From: Gemmatimonadota bacterium
Lineage (GTDB): Bacteria > Gemmatimonadota > Gemmatimonadetes > Palauibacterales > KS3-K002
Direction: 5' to 3'
DNA length: 29,695 bases
Assembly: GCA_039586795.1 (NCBI GenBank)
Contig: JBDHJS010000043.1
Coordinates: forward strand, 1 to 29,695
The first letter of the stretch is position 1; each line of letters starts with the position of its first letter. Under the pieces are notes generated by a model, which saw nothing but the letters and a program-made list of their open reading frames with translations, was not told where the DNA came from and did not search any database. Position numbers and translations under genes: made by a program. Below are positions 9,584 through 16,052 of this stretch, in pieces.

Positions 9584-9907
9584 CTAAAGCACGTCGTCGC
9601 GACCGGCGCGACGGCTCTCCTGGTCCTGCCCGGCCGGCCCGCGTACGGGTCCTTCGTTCAGGGCGGCCTGTCTACGCTGGCGCTCGATCATCCGTTCGGT
9701 GAAGTCGACTCTGTCTTCCAGTCGGTCCATACGATCGACCATGCGCTCCATCAGCTGCATCATCCGCTGGATCTGCGGCTCCTGCGAGATGCTCTTCTTT
9801 TCTTGCGAGCGCTCGATGCTCTTGCCGATACGCGTCGTGAGCGGCCGGAAGATCAGCACTCCCGCTGCCGAGAGGAACAGTACGATCGGAATCAGTTCGC
9901 CGGGCAT
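9584..9907 (-). CDS. Small single-pass membrane coiled-coil protein (PspB-like), paralog 2
   Basis: AGAGG RBS; AGVLIFRPLTTRIG ... DRMDRLEDRVDFTERMI. Confidence 0.85.
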   Translation of the reverse strand: MPGELIPIVLFLSAAGVLIFRPLTTRIGKSIERSQEKKSISQEPQIQRMMQLMERMVDRMDRLEDRVDFTERMIERQRRQAALNEGPVRGPAGQDQESRRAGRDDVL

Positions 9908-9933
9908 TGGCCTCTATTGTCAGTCGTAACTGG

Positions 9934-10278
9934 TCACGAGCCACTGGTGCGACCGGAACGCTCTCCCTCGCGACGCGCCGCTATCGATGACGCGGCCTCG
10001 CTTTTCCATCCCGCGCTCTCGATAACGCGCTCGGCGAAGTCCTGACGCGCCTCCAGGCTCTCCATGCGGTCGAGAAGACTCTCCATCAACTCGGCGACGC
10101 GGCCGGAGTCGACGAATTGAGTCTTCTGCTGGCGGTCGCGACGCATCTGGTCGAGCAGCTCGCCAAGCTGCTTAGTGAGCGGGCGAAAGATCATCACGCT
10201 TGCCACACCCGCCGTAAGTGCGACGACCATTACAGCGCCGGCGATCGGCCCCATGACTGCAGGGTCCCATGGTCCCAT
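9934..10278 (-). CDS. Small single-pass membrane coiled-coil protein (PspB-like), paralog 1
   Basis: AAGGAG RBS; ASVMIFRPLTKQLG ... DRMESLEARQDFAERVI. Confidence 0.85.
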   Translation of the reverse strand: MGPWDPAVMGPIAGAVMVVALTAGVASVMIFRPLTKQLGELLDQMRRDRQQKTQFVDSGRVAELMESLLDRMESLEARQDFAERVIESAGWKSEAASSIAARREGERSGRTSGS

Positions 10279-10322
10279 ACTATATACTCCTTTTCCCTGG
10301 GGTTCTACCCTCTCTTGATTCT

Positions 10323-10349
10323 TACGCCACCCTCAACCCCTCGGTTTCA
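10323..10349 (-). promoter_or_regulatory. ECF sigma-factor-type promoter TGAAAC-N17-CGTA
   Basis: Minus strand TGAAAC (10349-10344), 17-nt spacer, CGTA (10326-10323), ending 44 nt upstream of ATG 10278. Fits the general ECF AAC...CGT pattern (B. subtilis SigW consensus TGAAAC-N16-CGTA). Confidence 0.6.
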
Positions 10350-10355
10350 TACCGC

Positions 10356-10466
10356 AACTTGGAAATTGGGCCTTGGATGTGGACATTGGGGACGTTTCCC
10401 TTGGACATTAGGCGTTTCTGAAGGGGAGCCGTCCAATGTCCACATCCAATTTCCGAATTTCCAGTT
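10356..10466. repeat. Heptamer-repeat (TTGGNNN / NNNCCAA) inverted-repeat hairpin
   Basis: Perfect 17-bp IR TTGGATGTGGACATTGG (10373-10389) / CCAATGTCCACATCCAA (10433-10449), extended imperfectly by GGAAATT / AATTTCC. Confidence 0.85.
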
Positions 10467-10551
10467 CCCTGAGCTCGCGAAGGCTAGCGTGACACGCGAA
10501 TCTGCTGCAGATTGGCGCGGCGTAAGCGCTCCTGGACCGCTGAGGTAGACC

Positions 10552-10650
10552 ATGCCGCTCTCCTTTTTCCTCGTCATGTTCGTTTTGCCGGTCGCGATCA
10601 TTTGCTGCGCGATCGTGTTGGCTCATGCCAGCAAGCGGCCGGAGGGATGA
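10552..10650 (+). CDS. 32-aa membrane smORF, probable small accessory subunit of the downstream SSS symporter
   Basis: GAGGT RBS; MPLSFFLVMFVLPVAIICCAIVLAHASKRPEG* is one TM helix plus a charged tail. The stop overlaps the symporter start (ATGATG). Too short for the ORF track. Confidence 0.7.
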   Translation: MPLSFFLVMFVLPVAIICCAIVLAHASKRPEG

Positions 10651-12155
10651 TGCAGGAGAGCGCTACGGTTCAGATCGCCGCCGACCCGTTCGCCATAGCC
10701 GCCTTCATCGGCTACCTGATCGTCATCGTCCTCATTGGGGTCGCGTCGGCGCGCTTTTCTTCCGCCGGCGTTAGCGAATTCTTCGTCGGTGGCCGCAAGA
10801 TGCACCGCTTCGTGGTCGGCCTGTCCGCCGTCGTATCCGGCCGCAGCGCCTGGTTGCTGTTGGGTGTCACTGGTATGGCCTATTCCATAGGGGCCGGAGC
10901 GGTGTGGGCGGTGACCGGATACATCGTGGCCGAGATGTTCCTGTTTCTGTATTACGCGCGTCGGCTCAGGCGCTTCAGCGAGCAGTACGACTGCGTGACA
11001 CTACCTGACTTCTACGCCGCACGCTTTGGCGACAGGGATGGCCGGCTTCGTACGATACTTGTCATTATCATATTGATTTTCATGGTCGGCTACGTGTCGG
11101 CTCAGTTCGTCGGCGGCGGCAAGGCGTTCGCGGCGAGCTTCGGACTGAGCCCGACGACCGGCGTGTTGATTACCGCGTTCATCGTTCTCGCCTACACGAT
11201 CATGGGTGGTTTTCTGGCGGTCAGTCTCAGCGACGCCGTGCAGGCGTGCTTCATGATCGTGGCGCTGGTTGCGGTGCCGGTCATCGCCATCCTCGATCGC
11301 GGTGGCCTGCTGGCGGTGTTAAGGGAGCTAAGGGCGTTCGACCCGACGCACATCGATCCTCTGGCTCTTTCGGTCGGCGTCATCATCGGGTTTCTCGGCA
11401 TCGGGCTCGGCTCGCCTGGAAACCCGCACATCATCGTCCGCTACATGTCGATCGCCGACCCCGATCATCTCCGCGCATCAGCGGTCATAGGTACGGTTTG
11501 GAACGTGGTGATGTCCTGGGGGGCGCTGTTCATCGGCCTGGTCGGGCGGGTCTACTTCCCGAATGTGGCGATGCTGCCCGGCGCCGACACCGAGCAGCTC
11601 TTCCCGATGCTCGCCGCCCAGCACTTGAATCCGATACTCTTCGGAATCGTGGTCGCGTCTATCTTCGCCGCGATCATGTCGACGGCCGACTCGCAGTTGC
11701 TCGTAGCCACGTCCAGCGTGGTTCGTGACTTCTACGAAAAGCTGCTGCACCGCGGTGAAGAGATCCCCCAGAGGCGACTGGTGTTGTACAGCCGGATCGT
11801 GGTGGCGCTCCTCGTCATCGCCGCTCTCATCGTTGGGCTTGCCGCCGAGGCCCTCGTCTTCTGGCTGGTGCTGTTCGCCTGGGCTGGACTCGGCGCTTCG
11901 TTCGGCCCGACGTCGATACTGGCGCTCTACTGGCGCCGCACCACCCGGGCCGGCGTGATCGCAGGCCTGCTCACCGGAACGGCCATCACGTTCATCTGGG
12001 AGCTGACGCCCTTCCTCAGCTCGCGGCTGTACGAGCTGATCCCGGCTTTCGCGGGTGGGCTGCTGGCGACCGTCCTGGTCAGCCTGATGACTCGACCGCC
12101 CGACGAAGTGAATAGCATGTTCGGCGTGATGAGGAAGGGCCCACTGCGTCCCTGA
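10650..12155 (+). CDS. putP: Sodium:solute symporter, PutP (Na+/proline)-like
   Basis: FFVGGR, LSAVVSGRSAWLLLG, TLPDF, YT..GGFLAVS.SD.VQ, G.PHII.RYM, AAIMSTADSQLLV and AWAGLGASFGP. GGAGG precedes ATG 10650 (ATG 10647 is an alternative). Substrate uncertain. Confidence 0.88.
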   Translation: MQESATVQIAADPFAIAAFIGYLIVIVLIGVASARFSSAGVSEFFVGGRKMHRFVVGLSAVVSGRSAWLLLGVTGMAYSIGAGAVWAVTGYIVAEMFLFLYYARRLRRFSEQYDCVTLPDFYAARFGDRDGRLRTILVIIILIFMVGYVSAQFVGGGKAFAASFGLSPTTGVLITAFIVLAYTIMGGFLAVSLSDAVQACFMIVALVAVPVIAILDRGGLLAVLRELRAFDPTHIDPLALSVGVIIGFLGIGLGSPGNPHIIVRYMSIADPDHLRASAVIGTVWNVVMSWGALFIGLVGRVYFPNVAMLPGADTEQLFPMLAAQHLNPILFGIVVASIFAAIMSTADSQLLVATSSVVRDFYEKLLHRGEEIPQRRLVLYSRIVVALLVIAALIVGLAAEALVFWLVLFAWAGLGASFGPTSILALYWRRTTRAGVIAGLLTGTAITFIWELTPFLSSRLYELIPAFAGGLLATVLVSLMTRPPDEVNSMFGVMRKGPLRP

Positions 12156-12735
12156 ACCCGACCTTCTCTTGGGCCGCCTCCAGGTCTGTCGTCCCGTCTC
12201 GCAGCGCCTCCAGCGTTCTGCGGTAGTCACGCGCGTGCGCCAGGATCTGCTCGCGCTTCATTCCATGGGTACCGTGAACGACGAAAGGCGGAAGGAACTC
12301 GATGCCCCACAGGTTGGCGGTTTGCTCGATGGGTGCCAGGAGCTCGCGAATCGTGAAGTGGTTGCAACCGCCAGGCTGGTAAGCAACTTCTCGCCCCCCG
12401 GCGGTCATGGCGCAGAGCAGGTTCTTCCCGCGCAGCGCGTTCCCCTCTTTTCCGCAGGCCCAGCCGTACTCGAGCACCAGGTCCTGCCATTCCTTCAGGA
12501 TGGCGGGGGTGCTGTACCAGAAGAATGGATGTTGGAGGATCACCAGGTCGTGGTTTTCCTACTGTCGCTGCTCACGGGGTACGTCGATATCGAACTCGGG
12601 GTAGTCTTCGTAAAGATCACGAAACGTGATCCCCTCCACCTGCCGAGCTTCCCGCACCAGCTCGCGGTTCACGCGAGACTTCTGCAGGGCGGGGTGCGCG
12701 AACAAGACGAGCACGCGGTCTCCTGTTTCCGACAT
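12079..12735 (-). pseudogene. kefG: KefG/KefF/YwrO-type NAD(P)H oxidoreductase (flavodoxin-like) interrupted by an in-frame TAG
   Basis: One continuous frame: VLFAHP..S.VN..., [45 protein letters not shown], with TAG at 12561-12559. The 3' end runs into the convergent putP, so the true 3' boundary is uncertain. Confidence 0.8.
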
Positions 12736-12793
12736 CTCTTCCCTTCGTTCTTTAGGTCCCTGTGTGGGCTCTGCCACGCTCCCAAACGCGGTG

Positions 12794-12822
12794 ATTATGC
12801 CTAGCGGGTGCCGAACGTTCAA
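12794..12822 (-). promoter_or_regulatory. sigma70-type promoter for the kefG-like gene (TTGAAC-N17-CATAAT)
   Basis: Minus strand TTGAAC 12822-12817, 17 nt, CATAAT 12799-12794. Confidence 0.55.
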
Positions 12823-12837
12823 GCACCTGGCCCGGCG

Positions 12838-12866
12838 TTGCCCGAGGCGCATGGCTCAGCGATAAT
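12838..12866 (+). promoter_or_regulatory. sigma70-type promoter for rnz (TTGCCC-N17-GATAAT), probably leaderless
   Basis: TTGCCC 12838-12843, 17 nt, GATAAT 12861-12866. ATG follows 7 nt later at 12874 with no convincing SD. Confidence 0.6.
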
Positions 12867-12873
12867 CAGGGCC

Positions 12874-13800
12874 ATGCTGAAGGTCATCTTTCTCGGCACG
12901 TCGTCGGCGCGGCCAACGGTAGCGCGCAATACCAGTGCCCTCACCGTCCAGCGCGAGGGCGAACTCTACCTGTTCGACTGTGGAGAAGGAACGCAGCGAC
13001 AGATGATGAAGTTTGCCACCGGCTTCGCCGTGCGGGAGATCTACCTGACCCACATGCACGCCGACCATTACCTGGGCGTTTTCGGGCTGCTGCGCACCAT
13101 GGGCCTTCAGGATCGGGAAGAGCCGCTTGCCATCTACACGCCGCCGGGGGGAGAGACGCTGCTCAAAGAGGCGGTGGCGCTGGAGATGGAGGAGCTGCCT
13201 TTCGCGGTCTCCATCGAGCCGCTCGAGCCAGGGTGCTCCGTCGATCACGGCGGCTACTCGATCTCGGCGTTCGCGGCGAGCCATCCGGGGGGCGCCAATG
13301 GATATGTGCTCAGTGAGGACCAGCGCCCCGGTCGCTTCGATCTGCAGGCCGCTCTGAAGCTGGGCGTGCCGGAAGGGCCGCTGTTCGGGCGCCTGCAACG
13401 CGGTGAGACGATCGAGCTGCCGGAAGGTCGCCAGGTGCAACCGGCGCAGGTGGTGGGCGCACCGCGGCCTGGCCGAACCATCGTCTACACCGGAGACACG
13501 CGACCTGTCGAGGCGACGGTGGAGGCGGCCGCCGGTTGTGACATGCTGATCCACGAGGCGACGTTCTCCGAGGAAGAAACGGAGCGCGCCGGTCGGACGG
13601 GCCACTCGACTGCCGCCCAGGCCGGCGACGTCGCGAAGCGGGCCGGCGCTCGGCAGCTCGTTCTGACACACCTCAGCGCTCGCTACTCCGAACGCGCTTT
13701 CGTGCTGGAGAAAGAGGCGAAGAAAGCGTGTGGCGGCGAGTGTGGGGTGGTGGTCGCGTATGATGGTCTGGCGATAGAGGTTTCACTTCGCGAGGAGTAG
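12874..13800 (+). CDS. rnz: Ribonuclease Z
   Basis: FLGTSS..PT..RN, LFDCGEGTQRQ, THMHADH (HxHxDH), GVPEGPLFG.LQ.G exosite, YTGDTRP, HEATF, HST and LTHLSARY. Confidence 0.96.
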   Translation: MLKVIFLGTSSARPTVARNTSALTVQREGELYLFDCGEGTQRQMMKFATGFAVREIYLTHMHADHYLGVFGLLRTMGLQDREEPLAIYTPPGGETLLKEAVALEMEELPFAVSIEPLEPGCSVDHGGYSISAFAASHPGGANGYVLSEDQRPGRFDLQAALKLGVPEGPLFGRLQRGETIELPEGRQVQPAQVVGAPRPGRTIVYTGDTRPVEATVEAAAGCDMLIHEATFSEEETERAGRTGHSTAAQAGDVAKRAGARQLVLTHLSARYSERAFVLEKEAKKACGGECGVVVAYDGLAIEVSLREE

Positions 13801-13890
13801 GTAGGGGGTAGGTGGTAGGGGGTAGGGGTTAGGGGGTAGGGCGTGCCCAACGGCTCTCCAACCCCCTACCCCCAACCCTCCACCCCCTAC
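13801..13890. repeat. (GTAGGGG)n / (CCCCTAC)n heptamer inverted-repeat hairpin
   Basis: Six GTAGGGG-like units at 13801-13842 and five complementary CCCCTAC-like units at 13856-13890, directly after the rnz stop. Confidence 0.9.
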
Positions 13891-13919
13891 ACCCCACCGC
13901 ACGACAGGCTCGACAAAAA

Positions 13920-15200
13920 GTGCTTACTCTCAGGGTCCCTGGCGACAAGTCGATCTCGCATCGCGCGCTGATGCTGGCGCCGTTGGCGGCCGGGACCAGC
14001 CATATCAGCGGGTTGGCATCGGGGGCGGACGTGGCGGCGACGGCGGCGGCGATGCGCTCGCTTGGGGTGGAGCCCCGCGTGGGCATCGACGGTTCTTGGG
14101 AGATCGAGGGTGTGGCTCGACTGAAGTCCTGCGCCGAGCCGATCGACTGCGGGAACAGTGGCACGACGGCGCGACTGTTGACCGGTTTGATCGCCGGGAG
14201 CGGGATCACGGTTTCGCTGGATGGCGATGACTCGCTGAGGCGTCGGCCGATGGCTCGTGTGGTCGAGCCGCTCAGGAAGGCGGGCGCGCGGGTTGACGAA
14301 ACTGGAGAAGCGGGTCGCTTGCCTCTGGGGATAGCGCCGGGCCAACTCACAGAGATCGACCACGAACTGGAGGTGGCCAGCGCCCAGGTGAAGAGCGCGC
14401 TGCTTCTGGCTGGGCTCGCCGCAGGTGTTCCCGTCAGGCTGTTCGAGCCCGGTCGCTCGCGAGATCACACCGAGCGAATGCTGCGTGCGATGGGCGTTGC
14501 GGTGGAATCAGCGAGCGTCGGCCCCGGGCGTACCGTGCGCCTCGCCCCGGGAGCGTCGTCTCTGCTTCCCTTATCGCTGACGGTTCCCGGTGACATCTCG
14601 TCCGCCGCATATTGGATCGCCCTGGCCGTGCTGGGCGGGTGCGGCGACGGCGTTCGAGTGGAGGGTGTCGGCCTCAATCCCGGGCGAACCGGCTTTCTTC
14701 GCGCACTGGAGGCGATGGGCGCACGGGTGTCGATGGAGAACGTACGAGAGGTGGCAGGAGAGCCGGTGGGTGACATCTGGGTCGAGCCGTCGGAGGTGAT
14801 GGGGATCGCGTTGCCGGAGGAGTGGGTCCCGACACTGCTTGACGAGGTTCCTATTCTTGCCTGTGTGGCGGCCGGGGCTCGGGGCACGACGACGATCAGG
14901 GGCGTGGGCGAATTGCGCGTCAAAGAGAGCGACCGGATCGCTGCGTTGTGTGGCAACCTGTCGGTGCTGGGAGTGACCTGCGTCGAACATGAGGATGGGC
15001 TCGAGATCAAAGGCGCCGCGCTACCCGTTTCTGGCGGCGTGAAGGTCGAGGGCGATCATCGTATCGCGATGGCGTTTGGGGTGTTGGGTGCCTTGCCCGG
15101 AAGCCAGGTCCAGATCGACGATCCCGCGTGCGTCAGCGTTTCTTATCCCGAGTTCTGGGACCAGTTGACGACCATTGAAAGGGCGACCACCGAAAGATGA
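13920..15200 (+). CDS. aroA: 3-phosphoshikimate 1-carboxyvinyltransferase (EPSP synthase)
   Basis: PGDKSISHRAL, DCGNSGTTARL, RRPM, SAQVKSA, SRDHTERML, ELRVKESDRI and DHRIAMAF. Confidence 0.97.
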   Translation: MLTLRVPGDKSISHRALMLAPLAAGTSHISGLASGADVAATAAAMRSLGVEPRVGIDGSWEIEGVARLKSCAEPIDCGNSGTTARLLTGLIAGSGITVSLDGDDSLRRRPMARVVEPLRKAGARVDETGEAGRLPLGIAPGQLTEIDHELEVASAQVKSALLLAGLAAGVPVRLFEPGRSRDHTERMLRAMGVAVESASVGPGRTVRLAPGASSLLPLSLTVPGDISSAAYWIALAVLGGCGDGVRVEGVGLNPGRTGFLRALEAMGARVSMENVREVAGEPVGDIWVEPSEVMGIALPEEWVPTLLDEVPILACVAAGARGTTTIRGVGELRVKESDRIAALCGNLSVLGVTCVEHEDGLEIKGAALPVSGGVKVEGDHRIAMAFGVLGALPGSQVQIDDPACVSVSYPEFWDQLTTIERATTER

Positions 15201-15880
15201 TCATTGCGATCGATGGCCCGGCCGGCTCGGGTAAGAGCACCACCGCACGCGCTGTTGCGCAGCGACTCGGCTTTCTTCACCTGGACTCCGGGGCGCTTTA
15301 CCGGGCGTTCGGTCTCGCGGCCTGTCGACTGGGTTGGGCGGGCCCGGCGGGCGATGTACAGACCGATCGGATCGAGCAGCTGGCCTCGCAAGATGTCGGT
15401 GCGGACATCGCCGACGGCCGCGTCGTCGCGCAACTGAACGGGCAACGTCTGGGGGATGAGATACGTACGCCGGACGTGACGGCGTGCGCGTCGAAGGTTT
15501 CGGCGCATTCGGCGATCCGCGCCCGCGTCGATGCGACGCTCCGGGATCTGGCGAAGCGGCATCAGGGCGGCGTCGTGTGCGAGGGCCGGGACATGGGCAC
15601 CGTCGTCTTTCCGGACGCCGAGCTCAAGGTCTTCATGGACGCCGATCCCGGGGAACGCGCCCGGCGGCGACTGTTGCAGCGGGGCGATGCGGTGACGGCG
15701 GAGAACGTCGACCGCGAGACCGGACGCCTGGTGGCCCGGGATCGGGACGACTCCCAGCGGGACGTGGCTCCGCTCCGCAAAGCGGAGGGTGCGGTCGTGA
15801 TCGACACGACAAATCTGGATTTCGCGGAGCAGGTAGAGAAGATCGTGGGAGCCGCCCGAGAAATCCTTGACAGGGCTTGA
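15197..15880 (+). CDS. cmk: Cytidylate kinase
   Basis: IAIDGPAGSGKST, LDSGALYR, EGRDMGTVVFPDA and RD..DS.R..APL. ATGA overlap with aroA; conserved aroA-cmk-rpsA order. Confidence 0.97.
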   Translation: MIIAIDGPAGSGKSTTARAVAQRLGFLHLDSGALYRAFGLAACRLGWAGPAGDVQTDRIEQLASQDVGADIADGRVVAQLNGQRLGDEIRTPDVTACASKVSAHSAIRARVDATLRDLAKRHQGGVVCEGRDMGTVVFPDAELKVFMDADPGERARRRLLQRGDAVTAENVDRETGRLVARDRDDSQRDVAPLRKAEGAVVIDTTNLDFAEQVEKIVGAAREILDRA

Positions 15881-15896
15881 AGTTCCGGGCTATTTT
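15867..15896 (+). promoter_or_regulatory. sigma70-type rpsA promoter overlapping the cmk 3' end (TTGACA-N18-TATTTT)
   Basis: Perfect TTGACA at 15867-15872 and TATTTT at 15891-15896, followed by a leader of about 150 nt. Confidence 0.65.
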
Positions 15897-16052
15897 CGGG
15901 TCTTGATTCCGTGGCGCAGCTAAAGTCCCTTGTGGCGGAGGCAGTGAGCTAGCGGGTCCGGCATCGCGGCCGGGGTTCGTCTGCGCCGTAATTAACGTTT
16001 TGTAACCTATTTATCTGTTGGGGCCGCCGGTCCCGGACTCCCGGCGTGATTC

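Noticed and set aside
10512..10646. ORF-track N-terminal extension of the symporter
   Set aside because: No RBS and non-family sequence. A better start with GGAGG lies at 10650, and the region holds the smORF in another frame.
12559..12561. Pyrrolysine or amber recoding in the kefG-like gene
   Set aside because: TAG is used as a true stop in neighbouring genes (rnz, rpsA, pstS), no pyl genes are in the window, the site is a non-catalytic Leu position, and other signs of decay are present.
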